The notes under the pieces are model-generated. The model searched no databases. It was given only the letters and a program-made list of their open reading frames with translations, and was not told the DNA's origin. A DNA stretch of 63,835 nucleotides, counting the filler, from Octopus bimaculoides (lineage: Eukaryota), in assembly GCF_001194135.2 (NCBI RefSeq). It is 6 parts of 5 records of this genome, joined end to end, with 100 filler letters (N's around TTAATTAATTAA, not from the genome) between each part and the next. Parts side by side here need not be neighbours in the genome. Positions count along the whole stretch, not along the records: positions 1 to 29,575 come from NC_068987.1; 5 more parts are not named here. One strand, 5' to 3'. Position 1 is the first letter of the stretch. Each line of letters opens with the position of its first letter. The position numbers and the translations under genes are program-made. Positions 12,296 through 23,869 of the stretch are shown one piece after another.

Positions 12296-12596
12296 AAGAT
12301 AGATTAATATTAATAGCATATTATAGACAGGTGGTTTGATTAATAAATAATGTGTGCGTTTTTTTCACAACAGCAGCGTGTTTTCACAACAGCAGGGTGA
12401 GTAGAGAGAGATTTGGTTGTTATTTCTAGCAGTTCAGCAACTAAGTAGATGCTCCCACATTGACTCGTGACTGTTTTGTCATTTATGTATGCAGAGGCTA
12501 TAGTTGTGTGGTGATCAGATAGGGCTACATGTGTAGTCATGGTAATGTAGTGATACCAGCGGTGGCTGGAATAGTCTAATGATGTTTTGGTCATTA

Positions 12597-12795
12597 CAAG
12601 GGAGTGCTAAAAAGTTTCATGGCTTTAGGTAAAAGAAAATACAGGAGGACCAATTAATTATGGTTTTATTCAATATATTCTCCTCTCAGGTTAACATATT
12701 TATTGCAGCGATCCTTCAGTTTTTCTAAGCCCTGTAAAAGAACTCAGAAGGTCAGGCCACCAACCGGGCCTTTCACAATACCCTTAAAGCCACCC
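12597..12795 (-). mobile_element. Mariner-derived MITE, one TIR eroded
   Basis: Reverse-complement match to 7911-8127. Confidence 0.8.
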
Positions 12796-12809
12796 CACAT
12801 ATGTAGTAG

Positions 12810-13340
12810 GATAGTAGTAAAATGGGTAGAAGGTTCTCTGGTGATGGTTGTATAGTTGTAGAGGTTGCCCCTGTGTAGTCGTTGTTGTCATAGTGGTGGT
12901 AGTGGTGGGGTGGGGTGGAGGTAGCAATGGTTGTAACTGAAGCACTGTAATCGTAGTGGCATTGGTAGTGTAGCGATGGAATGCTTTGGTGGATTGTAAG
13001 ATGTTCACTACAGATTTGTAGTATTCACTATAGTAAAGCAGCGATTATTGCTGTAGCAGCAGCAACAGTAGTAGTAGTAGTATTTATGGTGGTGGCGATG
13101 GCAGCACTGTTAGTGGTGGGGGAGGCAGTAGTGGCAGTGGTAAGGGAGGTAGATGTGACAGTAGTAGTTGTAGTAGTCATAGTAATAATAGTAGAAGTGG
13201 TGGTGGTGGTGGTGGTGGTGGCAGCGACGGTATATGTGGTAAAGGCTGTAGTAGTAGTCATAGTAATAGTAGTGGTGGTGGTGGTGGTGGTAGTGGTGGG
13301 GGGACGATGATACATGGTGGTGGTAATGTTTCTGGTTGTG
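12810..13340. repeat. Degenerate (GGT/AGT)n low-complexity tract
   Basis: Seen directly. Confidence 0.9.
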
Positions 13341-13660
13341 GAGATTCAGATATATAGCAAAAGACACCCTCACCAGTGAAGTGACATGCCACAGACATGG
13401 ACAAGGCATGGTAACATCCCTACCCTCCTTAAAAAATCCTTAAAAGCTTACCTCCATCCCCAACCCTTCCACTAACAACTCCACCACCTTCATTTTCTAT
13501 TTATTCTCACAAGTAAACCCAGTCAACTGAGCAAGTAACTAATCAATAAATTAGTCCACTAGAAAATTGAACAGTCCACCTGAAAATTGACAAGTTCCAT
13601 AAGCCAAATGACAAGGTTACCATGTTCAATGACCGACCAATCAATCATGTGCATGTGTGA

Positions 13661-13698
<38 letters not shown>

Positions 13699-13705
13699 AT
13701 ATGGG

Positions 13706-14832
13706 AAGATTGTTTTTGTGTGTGGAAGATGCACAGGGGCAATAAACACCAAAGATGCACAGAAAAGAAATTCCATTACATGCCAGGAGAAACTAGAAGT
13801 AGTTGATAGCTTCCATTACCTAGGCAACCAAGTCAGTAGTGGGGGTGGTTGCTCTGAGAGTGTAGTGGCTAGAATAAGAATAGCCTGGGTAAAGTTCAGA
13901 AAGCTCCTACCTCTGCAGGTAACAATGGGCCTCTTGCTCAAAGTGAAAGATAGACTGTATGATGCATGTGTGCGAACAGTCATGCTACATAGCAGTGAAA
14001 CATGGGCATTGACTGCTGAGTACATGTGTAAGCTTGAAAGAAATGAAGCTAGTATGATCCACTAGATGTGTAATGTCAGTGTGTATACACGACAGAGTGT
14101 AAGCACCCTGAGAGAAAAGTTGGACATAAGAAGCATCAGATGTGGTGGGCAAGAGAGATGACTGCACTGGTATGGTCATGTGCTGCATATGGATGAGGAG
14201 AGTTGTGTGAAGAAGTGTCACACCCTAACAATGGAAAGAACCTGTGGAAGAGGTAGACCCAAGAAGACATGGGATGAGGTGGTGAAGCATGACCTTCGAA
14301 TGTTGGGCCTCACAGAGGCAATGACAAAAGACCAAAGACCTTTGGAGATATGCTGTGATTGGAAAAGCCTGGCAAGTAAAGTGAAATTGCAGCCACAGCC
14401 GATACTAGTGTCACATAACCAGCCCATTTAAAAATACCCTTGAAATGTTGGGCAATATACTGTACTTGAGAAGACCTACTGAGTCAAGTAAAGTCGAAAT
14501 CATAGCCATGGCCAGTGCTGGTGGCATGCAATAAGCACCATCCGAATGTAGTTGATGCCAGTGCCCACTGACTGGCTCTTGTGCTGGTGGTAGATAAAAA
14601 GCACCATCCGAACGTAGTTGATGCCAGTACCACCTGACTGGCTCCCATGCCAGTGGCATGTAAAAAGCACCCACTACACTAGTGTTTAGGTTTAGGAAGA
14701 GCGTCCAGCTGTAGAAACCTTGCCAGATCAGTTTGGAGCCTAGTGCAGTCTACTGGCTTGCCAGTCCTCAGTCAAAATACTCAATCCATGCCAGCATGGA
14801 AAACAGACATCAAACGATGATGATGATGATGA
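13706..14832 (+). mobile_element. 5'-truncated RTE-clade LINE (C-terminal ORF, 3' UTR, (GAT)n tail)
   Basis: Motifs VDSFHYLG, RIRIAWVKF, MLHSSETW, LHWYGHV and GRGRPKKTWDEVV. The 3' UTR has about three ~65-bp tandem units. Confidence 0.92.
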
Positions 14833-14859
14833 TATATGTATATATACATATATACATAC

Positions 14860-14941
<82 letters not shown>

Positions 14942-15556
14942 GTGTATTTATATATATACATATATAGATATATGATGATGATCATCATCATATATCTACT
15001 ACATATGTGAACATCTGGATGTGTGTTAGTTTGTGGCATTGTTATCCAACTCCTCCTACATCGTTTTATCGATTTTGATAAAACTTGATGCATGAGTAGA
15101 ACTCATGTCTGGAAAACTAGTGACATACTTAGATTGTTGAAAAAGATCGATAATGCAGCCCCCCTGGAAGGAATTCTTATATCTAGTACATATAACCCAT
15201 TCAAATTTGTAAATTATTTTGTACAATTCAAATTGAATATGCTTATTTCTTAGTATTTGAATTATTTGAGTTATTTTCAAATTTTATCCAAGTAAATAGT
15301 ATTTTCCTAAACAATAGATCCACTTATTTCGGTTAGTGACTTATTTACAAATATACCAACACTAGCGCTGCAGAGGGTAATATTCTCTGCGAATACACAG
15401 GAGCTTTCTTCAGAGTTATTTACCTTTAATTGTTATTATCTCATATCTGATTAGCCTGTTATTACGTTACATGCTTCACGATTTTAGTATACATACCTTA
15501 TTAGTATTTCCTCCTAAGTTCTATATACTCTGGGAACAAATTAAAGACCTTTTCAG

Positions 15557-15585
15557 GGCTTCTTTATTTGAATTCTTACTATCAG
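15557..15585 (+). CDS. Candidate 29-nt microexon
   Basis: CTTTTCAG acceptor and CAG|GTAATT donor, with two open frames. A competing minus-strand candidate lies at 15497-15529. Confidence 0.2.
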
Positions 15586-16784
15586 GTAATTAATTTCATG
15601 TTATCACATAACTGACTTCACAATTTGGGTATTCATAACTTATTGGGAATTCCTAAAACAAGATCCTGTGTAAGACAGTTCGGTATTCTCAATAAATGCA
15701 CAAAAACCGTTTTAAGGGCCACATACTTTGTATTGTTGTTACTGGATTAGCGAAACTATTATGAGAACAGAACCAAGGGATAAGCCCCACTTTCCCGGGA
15801 ATTACTGGGTATGTCAGCTAGTATNNNNNNNNNNNNNNNNNNNNNNNNNNNNNNNNNNNNNNNNNNNNNNNNNNNNNNNNNNNNNNNNNNNNNNNNNNNN
15901 NNNNNNNNNNNNNNNNNNNNNNNNNNNNNNNNNNNNNNNNNNNNNNNNNNNNNNNNNNNNNNNNNNNNNNNNNNNNNNNNNNNNNNNNNNNNNNNNNNNN
16001 NNNNNNNNNNNNNNNNNNNNNNNNNNNNNNNNNNNNNNNNNNNNNNNNNNNNNNNNNNNNNNNNNNNNNNNNNNNNNNNNNNNNNNNNNNNNNNNNNNNN
16101 NNNNNNNNNNNNNNNNNNNNNNNNNNNNNNNNNNNNNNNNNNNNNNNNNNNNNNNNNNNNNNNNNNNNNNNNNNNNNNNNNNNNNNNNNNNNNNNNNNNN
16201 NNNNNNNNNNNNNNNNNNNNNNNNNNNNNNNNNNNNNNNNNNNNNNNNNNNNNNNNNNNNNNNNNNNNNNNNNNNNNNNNNNNNNNNNNNNNNNNNNNNN
16301 NNNNNNNNNNNNNNNNNNNNNNNNNNNNNNNNNNNNNNNNNNNNNNNNNNNNNNNNNNNNNNNNNNNNNNNNNNNNNNNNNNNNNNNNNNNNNNNNNNNN
16401 NNNNNNNNNNNNNNNNNNNNNNNNNNNNNNNNNNNNNNNATATATATATATATATATATATACATATGACTGAAACAAGTAAAAAATAAAAGATGAAAGA
16501 CTGAATGATAGTGAATGTGGAGAACTATATGGTGTGTGATTATATGGTAGTAACTATAAAAACAATATGAATGACTGTAATGTATGGCAGTGAAACATGT
16601 ACAACAAGAGCACTCAGAGAGCGTAAACCTCCACCAAGGCAACATCAACATCCTCTCAATGATGAGCTGGAGATAATTTTTAAAATGAGAATATCTGAAA
16701 TAAACTCGACTGCTCTCACAAACAAGAATACTAAAAATAAACCCGACAATTCACAAAAATTAAGTAAAAAAACAGAAAAATAAT

Positions 16785-16970
16785 CCAGAATCTTTGTCTG
16801 TAACCAGATCAATCCCAAAATCTAATCAGTTCATGCCAGTCACGAGACCAAACATCTTTGAAAGTTTCACCTGAATCCATCCAGCGGTTCTTGAGATATA
16901 ATGTCCACAGACAAACAAGCAAACACGACTGAAAACAATACCTCTGCCTTCACTAAGGCAGAGATAATAA
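16785..16970 (-). mobile_element. Helentron-associated non-autonomous element (HINE/DINE-1-like)
   Basis: Terminal hairpin CTCTGCCTT-CACT-AAGGCAGAG, GTTT-type repeat, then GGATGGATTCAGGTGAAACT. Confidence 0.6.
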
Positions 16971-17181
16971 ATGTAAAAAGTTATACCAAGTATGTCTAAG
17001 AAGTATGACATGTGGCAGATGCATACTGAAAAGAAGACAATACCATACAAATATGCGGTTAGATGATACATTGATTGGAGATGGAAGTTTTTATGATTTT
17101 TTCTTTTCTTTTTTTTAATGACTTAGTTAGAAGAGGAAAAGCAGCATTTATGACCATTTTCAGAGCCTTCATAAACTAATA

Positions 17182-18349
17182 TTAGGTTGTTCCAAACATA
17201 ATGACCGATTTCAGAAATGTAATTTTGTTCTGGAAAAATTAATAGAAATGTTTTGATGAGTCAAAGTATGAGCCATGAACATCTATGCATCTCTGCCATT
17301 GATCAATGAGATTATTTATACCTCGTTAATAAAAACATATTGGCTTTGATGCTAAGAAATCTTTGAAAGCTGATTCCACTTCTGGTTTGGACCTGAAAGT
17401 TTTATTCCTTAAAACCGTGTTTAAATGCTTTAAAAGAATGGTAGTCAGTGGGTGAAAGATCAGGAGAATATGGAGGATGTGGTAAAGTCTCGTATCCTAA
17501 GTCTGTGAGTTTTTGCAGCATCATTCTTGCAACATATGGCTTTGCATTATCGTGGAGCAGAATTGGGCCACGCCGATTCACCAATGCAGGTCTCATTTTT
17601 TGCAAGTGAGCATGCACTTCAGAGGTTTGATTGCAGTAAACCTCTGCTGTAATGCTCTGATTGGCTTCCAGAAAGCTGTAATGGACAATGCCAATTGCAG
17701 ACCATTAGTCATTGGAAAATGTTTGGGGGACTCATCATGATCAAGCCATTGATCTGACCATTTATGGTTATCATAAAGGATCCACTTTATGATATTTGGT
17801 CAAGAAAAGGATCATTAGTGTTTCATAGAAAGAGCATCGAGCACACTCCAAAACACCAAATTTTTGGATCTTCATTGAGCTCATACCCATTTATTGAGCT
17901 TTTTCACCTTACCAATCTTCTGCAGATTGCATGAGACTGTTGCAATACCAACACCAAGTATCTGAGACATATCTATGACACTTTGACGTGGGTTTTGTTC
18001 AACAATTGCTTTCAATTGTTCATTGTCAAGACTGCATGACCATCCTCTACCTTTTTCATCTTCAAGGCTCTCATCACTACTATGGAATTTCTGAAACCAC
18101 CTTCGTACTGTTCAATCACAGCTTGAACTCATGCAAAAAAAGTAAGTGAAAGTCCTTTTTGTCATGTTCATAATTAAGGGCGCCTATGCTTCAAGAATGT
18201 TTTCTGTCTGAAATAAGTAGAAAATTATTAAAGAGTATACATCAATTATGAAGTATGTTGAAATTCATCTAAAATAATTAAAATACTATGATAAAATTGT
18301 GTTTCAAAACATAACACTTAGAGCAACCATTATTTTTGGAACAACCTAA
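17182..18349 (-). mobile_element. Near full-length dead mariner transposon
   Basis: TIRs TTAGGTTGTTCCAAA(C/A)ATAATG at both ends with TA TSDs. ORF with ILLHDNAKPY and HPPYSPDLSPTDYH. Confidence 0.95.
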
Positions 18350-18558
18350 TAGAAGCCAGTTCTTTTCATACAAGAGACCCAGCTCCTATTCTTGCATCAG
18401 AGAGGAGTCTGCTAAAAGAAATACACGAGTCAGTTTAAAGCAGGCAACAGATTAAGTCTACCAGAGAATAAAAGATAATTAAAGACTGAAGGATGTAGTC
18501 AGATTACAAATGAATTTAAGTCTTGCATACAATTGTATTTTAGTGCCGCTTTACCTGC

Positions 18559-18590
<32 letters not shown>

Positions 18591-18689
18591 ACATACGTAC
18601 CAGCATATGCATGTGACTATAATATTGTAAAGATATTAATCCTTTTGTGACTTACATAGATCTGACATGAGTCCTAGAACTCATGCAGC

Positions 18690-18930
18690 CAATGCTTAAT
18701 CTGGTTTCTATGGTGTTTAAGTGACAGAGATTACAAAACTCCCCACTGAATGGGACACCAATCTATCACAGGAGTTAACTTTCCGGTTAGCTGCTGGAGC
18801 TCATCTGCAGCTGAGTGGACTGAGGCATCATGAAATTAAGTGTTTTACTCAAGAACACAATACTACATCCAGTCTGGAAATCAAAATTGCAATTGTAACT
18901 TTTAGGTCACATGCTTTCAGTACCCTTTTG
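18690..18930 (-). mobile_element. SINE family F (CORE-like body), decayed
   Basis: Similar to 34765-34978. Confidence 0.65.
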
Positions 18931-18984
18931 TGACCATATTCTTAATGGACTACACTAATTTTATGTTTCAGTTAATATTGGTTT

Positions 18985-19170
18985 CAAATTTTAGCACAAA
19001 ACCAGCAATTTTGGGAGAGGAGACTAGTTAATTACACCGCCCCCAGGGTCCAACCAGTACTTATTTTAAAGTCACCCTTGGTAGAATTTGGTCTCAGAAC
19101 ATAAAGATGGACAAAATGCCACTAAGCATTATGCCAGACATGCTAACAATTCTACCAGTTTGCCGCCCTA
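18985..19170 (-). mobile_element. SINE family A, decayed
   Basis: Similarity to other copies. Confidence 0.75.
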
Positions 19171-19344
19171 TATGTTTCAATTAATATTGAAAACGACCAA
19201 GAAATAGCTAGATTTAGTAAAACAACTTTGTTCCTAATAAGCTCGAGGTTGGAGGATAACTTGAAAATAGACTCTTAAGATGGAGGGTGTATATTTAAAC
19301 TATGAATTCTTTATAATGCTTTTGATTTCAGGACTGGGTCAGTA

Positions 19345-19520
19345 ATTTTTAAGAGGATAAGGTTAGTTAATACTATCAACCCCAGTACTTGATTTGTACT
19401 TTATTTTATTGACCATGGAAAAAATGAATGGCAAAGTTGACCATGGTGGGAATTGAACTCATAACATAAAGAGTTGGAAGAAAGCATTTTGTCCAATGTG
19501 CTAACAATTCTGCTACAGCA
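19345..19520 (-). mobile_element. SINE family A, decayed
   Basis: Similarity to other copies. Confidence 0.65.
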
Positions 19521-19806
19521 TCATTCAGATTATTTTGTTGAATGTGTGATGCATTATCTCGCTGCTTTAAAATTTCAATGATTTGATAATATTTCTTTAG
19601 AATGACATTACTGGGTAAGTCTAAGAGGCTGGATCTGGCTGGTTTGAACATGAAATAGATAGAATATTTGGGCTGGATATGAGTGGTTTAAATGCTAAAT
19701 GCTTTATAAAGAACATGAAGCATAAAATCAGAGGCATTTGCTGTGGAGTTGCATTAAAAAGGTTAAAACTGCTCTTATTCTTTCCTTTCCACTTTCTTTC
19801 TCTCAG

Positions 19807-19836
19807 CTCATCTCTAACAAATGTGGTGAATACATG
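19807..19836 (+). CDS. Candidate 30-nt microexon (LISNKCGEYM or SSLTNVVNT)
   Basis: ~35-nt polypyrimidine tract ending CTCTCAG; donor ATG|GTATGC. Confidence 0.3.
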
Positions 19837-20224
19837 GTATGCCTATTAGTAGATTTTAGTCATTAATATAGCAAACCAGATGTCTACCTTAATTAAAAGG
19901 TATTCATGGTGATAAGTGGCAGAATCAGTGAAGCATAAAACTAAATATCTTAAGAGTGCTTTGTTGCATAACTTTATAGCCTGGATTCAAATACGATTAA
20001 GATAAACTTTGTCTTACATTCTTTGGAAGCTGATAAAAGTAAAACATCAGTAATACGCAGGTATTTATCAATATTTCTGTCTAATGAGCTAGTTGTTTGT
20101 GTTGTCTATCTATCTATTGGTTAAGCCTAATCATCACTCAAGAGATTTTAAAATTTGTATATAAATGATTGCAAATAGGGCAATGGTATACACATACATG
20201 CAGACATATCTTTTATCTTTTTTT

Positions 20225-20494
20225 TTTTTTACCTTTTATTTGTTTCAGTCAATAGACTGTGACCATGCTGGGGCACTGCTTTGAATAATTTTAGTTGAAT
20301 GGATCAACCCCAGTACTTCTGGTAATTATTCTATCAGTCACTTTTGCCAAACCACCAAATTACAGGGACGTAAACAAACCAACACCAGTTGTCAAGCCGT
20401 GGTGGGGGGACAAACACAGACACGAAGATACACAGATATATACATATTCATGTTCATATATATATATATATATATATATGTGTGTATGTGTGTA

Positions 20495-20552
<58 letters not shown>

Positions 20553-20900
20553 CATATATATAGGAAAGGAAAAGATTTTTCCTTTCCTATCATTTCTCCA
20601 CGTGCGGTTAACACAACCCCACCATTTACTGACTTTTACATACATACATATATACATACACACACACACACACACATATATNNNNNNNNNNNNNNNNNNN
20701 NNNNNNNNNNNNNNNNNNNNNNNNNNNNNNNNNNNNNNNNNNNNNNNNNNNTATATATATATATATATATGAATGTATATGCAACAATCCTCTTTCAGTT
20801 CCTATTTACTGAATCAATTCACGGGCTTGGGCTGGCCCCAAGGTGCAGTGGGATTGGACGTGGAACCATGTGGTTGGCAAGCAAACTTCTTACCTCACAG
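20225..20900 (-). mobile_element. SINE family B expanded by microsatellites and a gap
   Basis: Head at 20830-20900 and tail at 20225-20420. Confidence 0.75.
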
Positions 20901-21232
20901 GCAGAGAGAAAGGATGTAATTGAAAAGAGGGACCCAGATCAATGGAAATAAATGAACATGTGTACATGCAGACAGACAGACAGACAGACAGGCTTTTAAG
21001 CAAAATATAGATGTGCACATGTTGGTAGTTGTCTGTTTGCCCAAAAAGGTGGAATATGTGTGTGTTTTTGTATGTATGCATGTATGTATATATGTATGTG
21101 TATATGCGTGTGGGTGTGTGGGTGTATAGATGGATGGATGGAATTCAAAGGTGTTGTCTATTTTCACACAATGTCATAGACTTTGCATGGAATGCACAGT
21201 CACATCTTAATTCACAACTGATGGAGATCACT

Positions 21233-21285
<53 letters not shown>

Positions 21286-21356
21286 CATACACACACAAAA
21301 ACACGCATACACATACACACATACATACAAATGTATATAGATAAGGCTTCAAGAAA

Positions 21357-21580
21357 CGAAGGGGTGCTGGAAAGTCCCTGGCATTAAGGGGGTCGCGAAA
21401 GTCTTGTTTAGAGGCCCAACCTTACGAGTTCTTTTACAAGGCTTAGAAAAACCGAAGGGCACACGCATTGCAGCCGTCCTTCAGTTTTTCTAAGCCCTGT
21501 AAAAGAACTCGGAATGTTGGGCTTCCAACCAGACCTTTCGCGACCTCCTTAATGCCAGGGACTTTTCAGCACCCCCTTGA
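21357..21580. mobile_element. Foldback derivative of the mariner MITE
   Basis: Two ~105-bp inverted copies of the same MITE end around a ~14-nt loop. Confidence 0.85.
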
Positions 21581-21739
21581 ATGCATGTATGTATGGTTGC
21601 ATGCATGTATGCATGTATGTATCGACGGACGGACGTCAGGGATAGGTCGCCTACATACGTTGGAATTGCTCTGTTTTGACGGGGATTTTTCAAATATTTT
21701 TCTCCCGATACCCTTGGAGGAATAATGATGTTTTCGGTT

Positions 21740-21910
21740 TCAATCCCACTGCACGACACTTTGGGCAAATGACTTTTCTATAGTCCCGGACCAACCAATG
21801 CCTTCTGAGTGAATTTGGTAAATGGAAACTGCGTGGAAGCTCGTCATATATTATCTATTACACACACACACACACACACACACATATTTGTGTCTGTGTT
21901 TGTCCTCCTC
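21740..21910 (+). mobile_element. SINE family B, partial
   Basis: Contains ACTTTGGGCAAATGACTTTTCTATAG and GAATTTGGTAAATGGAAACTG. Confidence 0.7.
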
Positions 21911-22077
21911 TCGAGGAATAATGATGATTTTTTTTATATATACATACACACGCACATGCACATCCCATAAACATTCATGTCAGCACACAATTATACATAC
22001 TAACACTATCACAAAGGAAGTATCAACAACCGGTGCCATTTCAGAGTGTACAAGAATATCAAATTTTGAAAGCTTAC

Positions 22078-22135
22078 CAAATTCCTGTTCCTCCTCGCCA
22101 TGGTTCTTTGTGAGTTGCCTTGGACCATACTCATT
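22078..22135 (-). CDS. Candidate first coding exon (MSMVQGNSQRTMARRNRNL)
   Basis: Kozak-like ACCATGGCG, an in-frame upstream ATG and a strong donor TTG|GTAAGC, at the CpG boundary. An overlapping plus-strand alternative is 22045-22109. Confidence 0.3.
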
Positions 22136-22949
22136 CTGTTAGTTTCACAACTTTCACTTTGCTAGAGCGACTAAGTGAATACCAAAATCTCGACATAGAT
22201 TTAGATTTAGGAACCGATATAGCATAGTCGATATTATTATCTCGTCAGTTATAAGTAAGGTCCTTTACTGGGTTTCATGTTGAAAAATATTATAAAAAAG
22301 CACAAGTACGTTTGGTTTTACAAACGAGAGAATGAGAACCCGATATGTGAAGCGGACGATATATACTCCTTCTGAGCTAAAGAAACATTGTCATGCATAT
22401 ATATACGTGTGTGTGTGTTTGTGTGTGTCTGTGTCTGTGTGTGTAAGAGTGTGGGTATATTGAGAGATGTATGGTTAATTTGCAATTATAAATCAAGGCA
22501 ATAAAACCACGTTGTGTAGATGTAAATAGCTAAGTATTTATGAGTCTGCGTGCGTTTGTGTGTGTGTGTGTGTCTGTGTGTGAGTTGCGTGTGTATTTCT
22601 GCGAATATATACAAGTGCGTGTATATTCAAACAATTTATGCCTAGTATATCTGATCAAATTCTAATAACGTGTATATATAATCCATATGAAAAAATGATC
22701 ACGTATATCGCAGAGGTGCACGAGCGTGCGTGTGTGCGTGGGTGTGTGCGTGCGTGTGTGTAATGTATGTATCATTTGAGAGTAATTAAAATGATATTTA
22801 TCCAGCAAAACAATCCTTTATAGCCATATTCGATTTGTTTTTACATAGATTAAGTTTTAAACATACATGTAGACATGTGTATTTGTGTGTCTATCTGCGC
22901 GTATGAGTGAATGTGAATGCGATAGTAAAGAGGGTGTAGAATAGAACGT

Positions 22950-23090
22950 ATGCCATTGCTAAGCAACGCTCACTTCCTCTGCAGCCTGACTTCCCCTCTT
23001 CACCCTTCCCTCTCCCCGCCTTGACCACGGCTGCACGGTGGGCCGGTCTTCACACTTCAACGACGTCGGCGACGGTGGTAAGACAGGTAT
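22950..23090 (+). promoter_or_regulatory. CpG/GC-rich promoter-like segment with paired splice donors
   Basis: ETS-like CACTTCCT/GACTTCC and a pyrimidine-rich stretch. Donors GTG|GTAAGA (23078) and CAG|GTATGA (23087). Confidence 0.4.
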
Positions 23091-23869
23091 GAAACAAGTT
23101 ACGGATATATCGCGAGGGGTAGTGAGAGGAACAGAGAGCTAGAGTTTAAGTGTTGTAAGAGAGAGATATGTATAGGAAGGAAATGTAATGAGAGAGGGAG
23201 AGGAGAGACATAAAGAGAAATAGCAGGGAAATGTGAAAGAACGAGAGAGAGGGTTGACTGATACAGAACGAAAGGTTGAGAGTGTAAGAGAACTATATAA
23301 AAGTACAAAGTCGAAATAGAGTGTATGTGTGGATTGAGAAAGGAGGGAATAAGAAAAGAAAAAGGCATGAGAAAAGGTTGATTGGGTAAAGAAGTAAAAT
23401 AGATGAAGTGGAAATCAATGGAAGTATACCTAAATTAAAGAGTGGTGTACTAAATACTCGCATCGTAGGCAAAAGAATTTAACTGTTTGCTTGTCTTGTA
23501 TGTATCACATGTGACATACAGCATATATTCTTCGTGTCCATGCATCATATACGATACATGTTTCTGTTTTTGTTGTTGTTTGTCAACGACTAACTTGTTA
23601 CTTACGAAAGGAACGTCAGATATTTCTCAGAACGTACGAAATAAGAGCTAACTAAAAGTCTGAAAATATTCATAGATTTTTAAGGACAGACTTGTGAAAA
23701 TGCTTTGGAGACAGAATAAATTGAAATTGAGAAAGAACGTAATTTGCAAAATTAAACGCTCAGAAGAAAGCAGAACGGAAATTAGTAGATATTACTATTA
23801 AAATAAAGGCACGTGCATTCCGTCAATTTTACATCGTGCTTTGATAAACTTGTGTTCCCCTCTAAAATT

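Noticed and set aside
12981-13409. Thr-, Val- or His-rich ORFs resembling a mucin
   Set aside because: Translations of a degenerate trinucleotide tract, open in several frames on both strands.
14505-14670. CRISPR-like spaced repeats
   Set aside because: Tandem ~65-bp units in an RTE 3' UTR with related spacers, in a eukaryotic context; no cas genes.
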